Below are positions 37,314-48,125 of a DNA stretch of 64,000 nt, one piece after another. The translations under genes were made by a program, and so were the position numbers. Each line of letters opens with the position of its first letter. The first letter of the stretch is position 1. The notes beneath the pieces are model-generated. The model saw only the letters and a list, made by a program, of their open reading frames with translations, was not told where the DNA came from and did no database searches. The stretch covers positions 622,001 to 686,000 of the forward strand of contig MU058009.1 of assembly GCA_013265495.1 (NCBI GenBank). The letters run 5' to 3'. This DNA comes from Vicugna vicugna. Lineage: Eukaryota.

Positions 37314-37720
37314 TTTTTTCCGTTTTTTATTGTGATAAAATATATGTGACATAAAATCTACTATCTTAACCATTTTTAAGTGTACAATTCAGTGGCATCA
37401 AGCACATTCACACTGCGGTGCAATCACCACCACCATACATCCACAGAAGTCTTCTGTTGAAACTCTGTACCCACTCAGCAGTAACTCCCCGTTCCTCCCG
37501 CCTCCGGCCCCTGGCAAGGGTGGTTCTACTTTCTGTCCCTGTGAATCTGAGGGCTCTAAGTGCCCCATCTAAGTGGAATCACACATGACGTGTCTTTTTG
37601 TGCCTGGCTTCTTTCATTTAGTATAATGTCCTCAAGGTCCATCCATGCTGCAGCAAATGTCAGTATTTCCTTCCTTTTTAAGTCCAAAGAGCGTGTCATG
37701 GAGCGTACGTACCACATTCT
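37314..37720 (-). mobile_element. L1MB-like 3' end
   Basis: ttaaccatttttaagtgtacaattcagtggcatcaagcacattcacac...ctggcttctttcatttagtataatgtcctcaaggtccatccatg. Confidence 0.92.
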
Positions 37721-38538
37721 GAAGATAAAAAGGGCTGAGTCCCAGAGGAGTACATTTGAAGTGGTGGGACGCAGGCGCCGTGCGTGGTCAGTGAGGAGCT
37801 GGTCCTTTCTCTCCAGCGTGGGGTCAGCAATGGGGCATCGGAGCCCGGTCCTGACCTCGCTCCAGGATGCTGGGTAAGATGCTCTCCCTCCTCGTGCCTG
37901 TCTGCTTCCTCAGGGAGGGCTGGAGTAATGACACCTGCCTGCTCTTCCCGTACGAGGGGCACCGCGATGGTGATGAAGCGTGTGAGGTCCCTGAAGGCAC
38001 ATGAGGAGTCAAGTTTGCCTTGTGTTGTGAGGCAGACCAGCTTCCTTTGGAGTCTCCACGCTTGGGGACTTCGGGGGGTTTGCAAGGGCCGAATTGATCA
38101 GAACAAGGAGGCTTCTCCGCCTCCTTCAGCGGGGCAGTAGTGTGGTACCGGAGGCGGCGAGCTTTTGGTTCTGCTCACTCGGAGACACGGAGATCTGCAG
38201 AGTCTGCGGTGTGTGCCGGGTCACCTCGGAGGCACGGGGGCATCGCTCCAGCTCAGGATGCCTGTCGGAGCCGAAGACCACTCGGTCCTACCGGGCGCCC
38301 CTGGTGACACCTGCTCTGGGGCTTTAGAAGTGTAAATTGAAGAACATTCTTTGAATGAAGAGCCAATAGTTTGGTTTCACCAAGACAAGTCATTCCAACC
38401 CGGCACGCACAGACAGACGCGGCGTCAAAGCCGGGCTGCTCAAAGTGTCGGCCCGAGTGGGCAGCCTCCGCCTCGTCTGGGGGGGCGCGAAAGGGCAGTC
38501 ACGGGCCTCCCTCTGACTGGCAGCTAGAATCTGGACTT

Positions 38539-38687
38539 TTTAAATCCTTTTTTTTTTCTGGGAGGTAAGTAGGTTTCTTTATTGTTATTTTTTATTTACA
38601 TATTCTTTTAATGGAGGTACTGGGGGTGGAACCTGGGACCTCATGTGATGCTAAGCGCGCGCTCTACCACCGAGCTGTACCGACCCC
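38539..38687 (-). mobile_element. tRNA-derived SINE, camelid Vic-1-like
   Basis: Minus strand GGGGTCGGTACAGCTCGGTGGTAGAGCGCGCGCTTAGCATCACATGAGGTCCCAGGTTCCACCCCCAGTACCTCCATTAAAA..., A/B-box-like motifs, A-rich tail, imperfect 15-bp TSD (CTAGAATCTGGACTT / CTGGAATCTGGATTT). Confidence 0.9.
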
Positions 38688-39356
38688 CTGGAATCTGGAT
38701 TTCAGGACAGCCCCAGGTGGTGTCACACTAACCTCAGAAGCACCAGCCTGATGCCCTTAGGAGGTGGGGGCCAGTGTGGGGCTCTCTCGGGTCTCAGGAA
38801 CTTCTTCCCCATTCCCTGGAGGGGGAATGGTAGCACCTGGGCTGCTGTTCCCTGCGGGCTCGGAAGATCAAACGGCTCAGTGAAGGGAAAAGCGCTCAGC
38901 AGGGGACAACGCGCGGGGAGGCCCAGCATCGCTGTGCTCGCTGGCAGCCGGCCGGCCCTCACCCCTTTAGCTGGGGGGTCCTCCTCATCTCTCCAGCCAA
39001 GTTAATCTATTTCTCTGCTCTTGCTCCTGTTCCCTCTTTGAAACAACATTAATTTGGGTTCCTTTCATCCAAACTGCAAAGAGTATTTGAATTCACATTA
39101 TTGCCTTTAGCGAGATTCTCTTCTTCTTTGCTTCCTTTTTCTTCTCTTTTTTTTTTTGGACACACATTTGCCGTGGTGCCCGGGACCCGGTGCAGAGGAG
39201 ATTAGCGTGGTGTTCAGCCACTGGCCATGCCTCTGAGGAGCAGAGCTTTCTGTTTATCTCTTAGAAGCAGACGTTTGGATTTTATCCCAGGGGGAATTTA
39301 TCAGGGTGCCCTGAACTCATTCATTCATTCATTCCCATATTCCTCCCCACCCCATC

Positions 39357-39380
39357 CACACACACACACACACACACACA
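39357..39380. repeat. (CA)12 microsatellite
   Basis: Directly visible. Confidence 0.95.
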
Positions 39381-39914
39381 GCTCCATGCCAGCCACACCA
39401 GTGTCGCTTGCTGCATATTTGGGAGGCCGTTTTTCACATAGAGCCATTTTGGGATTGTCTGTGGCTGTGCTTCCTTCGCCCGAAGCACATTCTTGGGCCG
39501 GGTTTCCTCATCCCAGCAGCGGCAGCTTGGGTCGGCCCCCGTCCTCGCTCACATATCTATCCAACGCATGTGGACTTCATCCAGTTGCTGCAGCTTTTTC
39601 ATCTGGTCTGGGAATTCTCAAAGCAACATCCGTGTTTCGACTTTCTTTTCTTATATAGGTGCCCGCACTAGGATGCCTCGTGGTGCTTGGAGAAAGAGTC
39701 ATTGCCCATGTTTTCAAAGAGTTTGTTTTCCTGTCTTTTTAAACATGAGGGCACGTGGACAGGCAATTATACACACACAGCTCTCACCGTGGGAACATCG
39801 TAACGTTGGTTAAGTGACTTATATAGTGACTGAGTCATATTTTGTGGCCACGAGTGGCTGCATGTTTAGTGAGCAGGTATGAGCATTCAGATGCCTGTAT
39901 TTATTCATATATGA

Positions 39915-41290
39915 TCATCAATTCAGTGCATGTTAAGCACAGACCGTGCAGAAGGCACGGGGTGAGTGCCTGTGTGTGTGTGTGTGTGTGAAGAGATTGG
40001 CTTCGAGTTCAAGGACTTTCTGTTTTCTGAAAGAAATGAGATGCTATCATACAACTTTAATACAAAGTTGAAAGGGATAGGATTATGAAAAAAAAAAGGG
40101 TAGATGAGATCAGATGAATATAACATTGCTTTCAGTTGGAGACCAGGGATGACTTCTAGGTGGAGATGGCATCCGAGTCAGAGATTTGCCTCTGTGGAAA
40201 TGGGCACAGCGTTCCAGGCTGAGTGAGCCCCGGGAGCGAAGGTGCAGAGTCAGAAGTGGCGGTGGGCAGGGAGCAGCACGTGGTCCAGCCTGGATCAGAC
40301 GCTTGGGTGGGTGACAGCATCAGTGGGTGATGTGGTCAAGTTACGCCAGATTCTGTGGGGAGGGCTGTGGATGCAGATTATGACGGTTTTGTTTGTGGTG
40401 TTTCTTTTGCTTTATTTGTGACTGAGTGAATCAGGAGACCCGGAAGTTTTCAGACAGGTCAGTAAGATGATCAGGGCGAGGCTTTAGGAAGACCACTCTG
40501 GCAGGGATTTGTAAGATGAGTTAGAGATGCGGAAGACGAGGGGTATCGAAGCAGGTAAGAGGCTATTCCAGTAACCCTCACGGCAGATGACCGGTGTCTG
40601 AAGGCAGATAAAGCAAACAGCACGGAGCCAACATGGACAAAGCTCAAAAAGGAATCAGCTGCAGAGGAAGAGGAAGGGGAATGCTGAGGGTTTGCGTCCT
40701 GCGGTGATGGAGGTGTCATAACAGACCCACGTGATACACGGAGAAGCTCATTTCTTTTTTGGTGACATAGAGGAGGAACGGTGAGTTCAAACTGGGATGT
40801 ACCGAGTTTCAAGTTCTGGTGGGAACGTCCAGATGGATACGTTCACAAGCCATTGGACATTTGGCAGTGGCTCTTGGGCCTGTTTTCAGGACTGAAGTTA
40901 AATTTGATAATCATATGTATGGAGGTGGGAGTCGAAGCCTTATCAGTGTGTGCAACTGCTATGAGAGAACACACAGGGAAGGGAGGGAAGCGCTGGTGGC
41001 CGTAAGTCTCTCTGTTCAGGAAGAGGGAACAGAGGAAGAGGAGCCGGGAGTTTCCCTAGCATGAGTGCGTACACTGTTCAGGTCAAAGTGCACACACTTC
41101 AGGGTCCTGGCACATTCAGTTCCCCAGAGTCGGAAGCCAACATGAGAGGTAGTGTCTTGGTAGCCCAGGGGAGTGGACTGATCAACCATGTGAAATACAG
41201 CAGGAGAGCAATGCGGGAGGCCGGGTACACGGCCGGCTTTGTAGGTGGCGGTGGTATGTTCACTGGGGAACCAGCACATCAAGCAGGTGG
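39915..41290 (-). mobile_element. Long L2 LINE fragment (contains (TG)n at 39971-39990)
   Basis: cagggatgacttctaggtggagatggcat..., gatgatcagggcgaggctttaggaagaccactctggcag, gtgagttcaaactgggatgtaccgagtttcaag. Confidence 0.8.
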
Positions 41291-42197
41291 ATGTGCAGCC
41301 GAGTGTTTGGAGGGAGAAGACTTACATAAGCAGGCAACGGAAAATAAACAGAGTGAAATTGTTCACGGGGAGAGAGCAGTGAGCGGAAACCATCGTGTCA
41401 GAGCAGAGACGCATCCAACGGGGCATTTTCTTGATTGTTCTGTTGATTCTTCAAGCCCTTCACTTGCTTCTGCACCTCGATTAGATGCCGCCTGTGTCCC
41501 CAGCTCATCTGGCTTCATTTTAGGCTGCTCATCCTTTTTCAGGCGTGGAGTGGTCAGGTCATTCGTTTTGCTCCAGTTCTCATCTCATGTCAACGAGAGC
41601 CTTTCAGTAATTAGACTCCTGATTACGAAACTCACTATAAATAGAAAGCTGGTCAGAATCCTGTGCTTGTCCAGCCTCTGTATTAAGTGGTGGGGTGGGT
41701 GCTTTGTTGCCAGTTTGAATTATTCTCCTCCAAGAAAGGTGGCTGTGTTCCACTTATTTTTTGGGTTAGGAATCTCCTTGCCTAAATGTTGTCACATACA
41801 CAACTCACGTTGAATGTAGAGAGGGTCCTTTTTGGGACAAGAAACCAAGGCAAAGCGTCATGATTAGCAACAAATAGGATAATGGACTACAATTCTCAAT
41901 AAGGCCCCATTATTCTTCTTCCATTGTGGTTCATTTGATTTTTTTTTCTCCTTCGTACTCTCATTTTCTTAAAATTGCGTTAACATTACACTCTCAGAGC
42001 GAAAACCCAGTGATCAATAGCTCAGGGGATGTGACTCCAGTCAATGCTTAAATGTCACCACTCCAAAGATGACGAAAGAAGGAGAGATGGTGAGACAATT
42101 TGGCCTATATACGGGTCATATGCACTTTATTCTCATAATTATTATTTTTCATTTAACAGCTTTTTATCAAGCTCACACTCCTCTGTGTTTGCAAGGG

Positions 42198-42268
42198 TCC
42201 TTTTCCTCCCTCCCTCCCTCCCTTCCTTCCCTTCCTTCCTTCCTTCCCTTTTTCCTTCCATCCTTCCT
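42198..42268. repeat. (CCCT/CCTT)n polypyrimidine microsatellite
   Basis: Directly visible. Confidence 0.9.
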
Positions 42269-42640
42269 TAATTATAAACCAGCATGTTAAAGATTCTGGT
42301 CCTGAAATCTCATTCCAGTTCACAGAAAAACTAAATTCAAAGAATCTTGATTTTTTTTTCTCCTTTCAGGGACTTTTCCATGAATTCTCACCTGCTTTCC
42401 CTTGTGGCATGCCAGGGGCACATGGGGCGTGTGTGTGTGCGCGCGCATGTGTGTGTGTGTATGTGTAGGAGATGAAAACAGGCTTTCTTTGTACGATACA
42501 GACCAGGCACAGCATTTCGCAGCTGGCTGACTGGTAATGGACCTCTTCTATCAGAAGCTACTTTTCTGGATCCTGAACTGATTAGCAGATGCAAATCCTA
42601 CACCGTAGGCCGATGAAACTAAACCACACACCTCTGGGTA

Positions 42641-42653
42641 CCTCTAGATGGCA
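42641..42653 (+). promoter_or_regulatory. CTCF-like motif CCTCTAGATGGCA
   Basis: Matches CCnCTAGATGGCA variant of the CTCF core; binding untested. Confidence 0.4.
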
Positions 42654-43714
42654 TGTGCGCACGCGCGCGCACACACACACGCAATTTTCATGAAAATCCA
42701 CATACATCCATATTACTGATACATTCACTTCTACACAGGTGGAAACCCTTTCCTTTGCAGTTTCAAAAACCAGTGAGGCAGGAGTTACTTAACGGGACGA
42801 AAGGCATTTCTAAGAGACCAGATAACACTGGGGGGCTGGGAAGGCGGGTGCCCTCCTCCCCGCGGGGAGCAGGCTCCATCCGCCCCGGGGGGGGGCGGGG
42901 GGAGTGTGGTCATTCCTGCAGCCTCCTCTGCGCACCCAGGTATTCGCCGGGCACGAGCTCCTCCAGGCCAGGAATGGGGCCTTCTCCTGGGTTGCCCCCG
43001 ACCCTTCTCCAACGCAGTTCTCTCAGCACATCAAGCCCCAGGCGTGACTCTCCGGCAGTTCGGCTGTGTGGCCGTTGCCGTCAGCCCCTGCCCTTGTGCC
43101 CCACACGCACATTCAGTTCGGGGCGCCCCAGAAGACAGACCCATCCCAACTCTCCTGTCCCTTCCAAATTCAACCACTGCTCCCCTACCTGGGCCTCCTT
43201 CCTTCCCCAAATGGAGAGGAGCTTTAGAGATCCAGAATGATGGGGACAGAAGTGGCAGCCCTCATGAGCGTGGCCCTGTTTGCTGTCCTCATCCTGTGCG
43301 TTTTGTGTGCCTCCGTTGACTCCTCACCCCTTCTTCGGGCTGAGGCTGAGCTCAAACACAATCTGCATCAAAGGGAGGCACAGGGAGGCAGACTTCCCCT
43401 TCCCTCTAGCTGATGCCAGGCCTGGGATTTCCAAACGTTTTTCATGACTAAGAGTCACTTTACTCCTTGTGACCTACCCATTATCCGTAACAGTCCTCAG
43501 AAACACTCAGCACACCATCTGTTGCTCCTCGCAGCGCCAACAACCCTGTGAGTCATGATTGTTATGTGACCAGTCCAAGCGCATGCACTCATTAATAGAA
43601 GTACAGGATCTTGACTGAGGGAGGTCATGTCCATTTTTCACTGTGATAGTCAAACCAGAGCCATTCACATACTTTAGAGGTGATGAAGAAGAGACTGGAC
43701 TCCCCTCAGGCAGC

Positions 43715-44070
43715 AGGATGCTGAAGGGATACAAACACATTCAGTGTGAGAATGGTGAATGGGCTGGTGTGTCTAGAGCCGCCATGTTAATTGTTCCACA
43801 TCAGATGGGCTGACCTGTGGAAGGACTTGAACTTACTCTTATGGCCTTGTGGGTAGAGCTCTTGAGGATGGGGAGTCATCAGGGAGGAAGATACTTTCAA
43901 ATAAAGACTTTTGGGCTCAATATGAGGAAGAATTTCTAATTGTTGGAGCTGCTCAGAAATGGAATATTAGGGGGAGTGTCTGAATACGGGGAGCATGGCC
44001 AGTTGATAGAGACAGATGAGCAGCAACTGAGTGGCTGGACCAGGGAGGGGGGCCCTTCCCAGCACTTTGA
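43715..44070 (+). mobile_element. L3/CR1 LINE 3' fragment
   Basis: ttttgggctcaatatgaggaagaatttctaattgttggagctgctcagaaatggaat is the CR1/L3 ORF2-end motif. Confidence 0.75.
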
Positions 44071-44254
44071 GTCTGGGAGTCAAATACAGCTAACAACCCC
44101 ACAACCCAGAGAACAGACACATGCTTGCGCCATGTCTTTTTGGGGTCCACATACTCATTCCAATGAGGCTCAAAGATGGGATTTCCGTTTTCTGACATTT
44201 CAGGTCCATGGGGAACAGATTCCCATGGTTAAGCTTCTGGTCTTTCCTAAGAGG

Positions 44255-44790
44255 CGTCAACAAAGTGTTCATTAAACAGCTAAACCGAACAGCGAGGGGC
44301 CCAGTCCAGCAGGTAACACAGCCTCCCCTCCCCTCAGCTCCACCTTCCCAGGTGAGCGGTCGGCGTGCTTCGCCGCCACCCAAAGCAATTAATTAGTCTT
44401 TGTTCAAAGAATGACTTACAGAAGCCCGGCTAAATATTTTCAGAAAACAGAGCAGATTTGTATTGCTTCACCCAAGGACTGCAAACAAGTGTAATTAAAG
44501 TGAATACCCATAAATAAAGTAAATACATTAGTGAGGAAATGAATTAATTAGTGTTTAATTACTATCAATTACTAAAATCACTTCAGAATTACTTGTAGAA
44601 TGGATTGAATCTCTTGCTCCTATTAATAATTTCCATTGCTAATTGTATGCAATTGTATTTTCTTTTCTTCGGGTGCATTTTAGCAGAGCTAATAGGAGGA
44701 AGGAGCAGCGGAGTGAACAATGACAGGAACATTTTTTTCCTTCCTTTGTTCAGTAAAAAAAACAAAAGTGGTTTGAAAAATATCCGCCTG
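44255..44790. promoter_or_regulatory. Strong candidate developmental enhancer (CNE)
   Basis: Repeat-free AT-rich block dense in TAATTA, AATTAATTAGT x2, GTAAATA/GCAAACA (FOX), AACAAT/CTTTGT (SOX). Confidence 0.55.
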
Positions 44791-44917
44791 GTTGTCAGAA
44801 GCCAACGCAGGCGAGGAAGGTGCACAGGAAGGAGGCTGTCCCCGGGACACCAGCGACTGCACCTTTCTGTTCCCTGGGAGCGTGAGCAGCTGATGTCTGC
44901 AGCAGGACTTCAGGTGG

Positions 44918-45006
44918 AGGTGCGTGTATGAGTGTGTGTGCATATAGGCATGTGTGTGCATGTGTGCATGAGTGTGAGCACACACATGTGTGTGCATGGG
45001 TGTGTA
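44918..45006. repeat. Degenerate (TG/CA)n alternating purine-pyrimidine tract
   Basis: Directly visible. Confidence 0.85.
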
Positions 45007-45509
45007 AAAGGGGAGAAAGGTGGGTGTGGGAGGCTCAACGTCGGAGGTCGCTTCCATCCTGCTTTGAAGAACCCACGGACCTACTGGAGGAGGGGTGTCT
45101 CTGCACACCTGGGCGGCCAGGTGAGGGAACAGGTGTGACATTTACCTGCAGGACAGAGGACACCATCGGCTGCCTTCCGGGTGGAGAGCACATCGCTGAG
45201 TCCTGCTCCCTAACAAGCTTAGCGCCACCTCGTGAGTCGGAGAAACAGATGCTCGGAAACCGGAGGTTGACGGTAAGGGAATACCTTCCGAGGGCCGGAG
45301 CTGCCCGCCCAACACAGGGAAATATCAATAATAAAAGTCTCTTCGCCCTCAAGCGCTGTTGTCGTAGTTCACAGGAGCACAGGAGCGTGACTCGGAGCCT
45401 TAACGCTGGAGCCACCCCCGGCAAAGTTACCAGAGGAGCCAATGGAGCTAATGTCTTGGATGCCATCTGTGTTCCAGGCTATTGCCCTCCCATTGCTAGC
45501 TCATGCATT

Positions 45510-45690
45510 TCCCCATTCATTCATTCATCCATCCATTCACTTATTCATTTAATGTGTATGAGGGGCTGAGGGCGTAACTGTGGATGAGACACATCCCTGC
45601 CTTGAAAGGGCAAACTATGTTTGGGCTGAAAGGTCAGGGAGGCTTCTGAGAAGAAACCCTAAGCAGAGACCCGGGAATAGGGAGGCGAGT
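45510..45690 (-). mobile_element. L2 3' end
   Basis: cattcattcattcatccatccattcac tail then gagacacatccctgccttgaaaggg...ggtcagggaggcttctgag. Confidence 0.7.
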
Positions 45691-45929
45691 GGGGGTAACC
45701 CTGTCCCTATTACCAGACAAGGAAAATGACAATCGGGGGCAAGCGAGTTGCCTGAAGTCAGGCAAAGGCGGGGAGACCACGTCAGAACTGAACTGGGGTC
45801 AGGCTCTGGGCCGCTCTAAGGACGTTCATTGTTCCATCACTTCTGCTCTCCTTCCTTCCTCTCTGGCCCCCTGGAGGCAAAGTCCCCACCTTCGGAGCTC
45901 CCCTTGCCTGGCATTTGTGGCAAGTCTAA

Positions 45930-46170
45930 GCTGGGGGTCAGAGGGGTGGTCAGACCACCTGGAGCTGGCTTCTGACTCGGCTTATTTGGTGTGTAACCCT
46001 GGATACGTTTCTGAACTTTTCTGAACGTGGAATGTGATGCCTGTCTCCGAGCTGCAGTCAGGATTTAAAAAAGAGAGAGAAAGGAAGGAGGATGTTGTTT
46101 GTAGAGAGCTTAGCATAGTGCCTGGTACCTAGTAATTACTCAGCAGATGACAGCTACTGCCATTACTGTG
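45930..46170 (+). mobile_element. MIR SINE
   Basis: ggtcagaccacctggagctggcttctgactcgg...gagcttagcatagtgcctggtacctagtaattactcagcagatgacagctact. Confidence 0.8.
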
Positions 46171-46739
46171 GCTGCTCAGCCTCACGTTCAGTCTCAGTTG
46201 ATTGTTACTAAGCCGAGCTAACGTGCTGTCTGATGAGGCACTGGCCTAAGTCACACCTGCATCCGCGACGGAGATACTTGGAGACGAGAGAATTTACACT
46301 GCCCTTAGGTGAGGGCAGCCATCCCGCGCCTTCCCTGAGAGGGGACACAGAGACCCCGAGGACCGGGCACACCGTTGCAGAGCAGTCAGGGAAGGAGGGC
46401 GGGGACATTTCCAAGTGCTCCGGGAGAAGACTCAGGAAGGTGACACCAGTGTGCAGGGCCAGAGTGAACGGAGCAGCAGCTGTGCAGAAGCTCGCAGGGC
46501 AGCCCTAAGGCGCAGCTCCTGGGAGATCAGGGCTCCATTCTTCACCCTGTGTCCCCTCTCTGTGGCAGCTCGGGAAGGAAATAAGCCCTAGCAAGGGCTT
46601 TGAGATGGCAGATTCCAAGAGCTGCCCTAAAGCATGGCCACCCCCACAGGCCTATCCAAACCCTCACGCGGCTCAAGCCGTCCTCACCGGGGCGGGGCTG
46701 CGTCTCCTCGGCAGGTGCCCCCGCCAATGGGAGGCCGGC

Positions 46740-47100
46740 CGCCGTTGTTAGTTTTTCATTCGCTGAAATCAGCAATTTAATCCTAATTTACCAAGAGCCC
46801 GAATCTCCCCCTTCCCGGGCAAAGGCCCTCCCTGGGAATGATTGAATTTCACCCGGTGCAATAAAACAAAGGGTTTCTGCTGAATCAGGCACTCGACTCC
46901 CAGACCTGTAAATCATCGCCCTGGCTCTTCAGGTGGGAGATGTTATCTCCCCCTGGGCCACCCCCTTCTAGTCCCCTGCTAGTTCTCTCCTGCTGCAGAG
47001 ATGACCCTAGCTGACACATCCTCCCCAAACTCAAAATCCAGCGCGGCCCTGGGTCCTCATTCATAAAACCGGTAAAATGAACAGTTCATTTTACAGCCCG
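46740..47100. promoter_or_regulatory. Candidate conserved non-coding element
   Basis: TTAATCC (OTX/PITX-like), CAATAAAA (posterior HOX/CDX-like), TGATTGA and GTAAATCA (PBX-HOX-like), AACAAAG (SOX). Confidence 0.4.
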
Positions 47101-47539
47101 CCCCCCAGGTCGCGGGGTTCGGTCAGTCTCACAACATCCTTGGGGTGCTCTTGGCCGCACACTCACTGACGGGGCTGAGGCGAGGGAGTGTGGAGACCAG
47201 ACCGTGCAGGTGGAGGGAAACCCCAGCCCAGGTGCTGCCCTAGGCTCAGTCCCTCGCCGAGGAGAGCAAGGGACTGCCAGCTCAGCGGGCTGTGCTCAGT
47301 GAGGGCTGCAGGTCAGGATGAAGCAGGGAGAGACTTCCTTCAAATGGGAGTTTTCAGAATCTGGTCTTTGGTGAACGCCAGGCTGGGGAAAAGAGGGGAG
47401 GCTGACAGAAGCCAAGGGCCCCAGATCAGTGCTCCTCTGTTCATCCCCCGTTTGACCTCGTAGACAGTACACGCTAAAGCCAGCCACTCTCCCTAAGCCT
47501 CCCTGGTGAGCTCCTACCCGAGAAGCAGCAGAGCGCGGG

Positions 47540-47700
47540 AACACAGCGGCCCAGGGCTGGGTTCCCACTTTGCCACAGACCGTGACCCTTGGTAAGTCGG
47601 CCTGAGCCTCCGTTTCCTTTCCAGTAAACTGAGGGATGGAGGTGGACTGGTCTACCGGATTACCTCTAAGGCCCCTCCCAGCCTCACCATTCATCTCAGC
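47540..47700 (+). mobile_element. MIR3-type SINE
   Basis: gggttcccactttgccacagaccgtgacccttggtaagtc...ctgagcctccgtttcctttccagtaaactgagg...ctctaaggcccctcccagc. Confidence 0.8.
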
Positions 47701-47959
47701 TCTAGAGCAGAGAGCCTGGCATCCTGAAGCCAGGGAGTGGGGAATAGTTCCTGTTCTGAGACACAGGGCCAATCAGAATGGACCATCCTTCTGTCCCTGT
47801 CTCTAAGCCAGCCTAGGAAAGCTGCCAGGATTTTTGGTGGAGCGTCAGGAAGCAGCTATCAAAAGCCACCTGGCAGGGACCATAGAGGAGATGGCTGTGG
47901 TCTCTGAACAGCCGCAACCCGCTCTGGACACCAAGTCCTACTGCTGGTCTGGTGTGTTT

Positions 47960-48125
47960 TCAGCGTGGTGGCTGAGAGCAGGAGCTCAGATGGCAGAGAG
48001 CCAGCTTCAAATCATGGCTCTGGGGGACCCATGTGACCTTGGGCCACTCAGCACCCGCCCCATGGGCTTGCTCTGAGTTAGGACGAGACATCTGTGAAGC
48101 ACAAAGGACAGTGACTGCGCTGCTC
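47960..48125 (+). mobile_element. MIR SINE
   Basis: cagcgtggtggctgagagcaggagctcagatggcagagagccagcttcaaatcatggctctg...tgtgaccttgggc. Confidence 0.75.

Noticed and set aside
38610..38687. Possible tRNA gene
   Set aside because: tRNA-like head is followed by an A-rich tail and flanked by TSDs, with degenerate B box; it is a SINE
41061..41813. 250-aa ORF
   Set aside because: Starts within an antisense L2 fossil, no recognisable domain or exon structure
42653..43240. 195-aa ORF
   Set aside because: Begins in a CG/CA repeat and continues through GC-rich stop-poor DNA; no known motif
44928..45569. 213-aa Cys/Val-rich ORF
   Set aside because: N-terminus is translated (TG)n repeat and the end is an L2 tail
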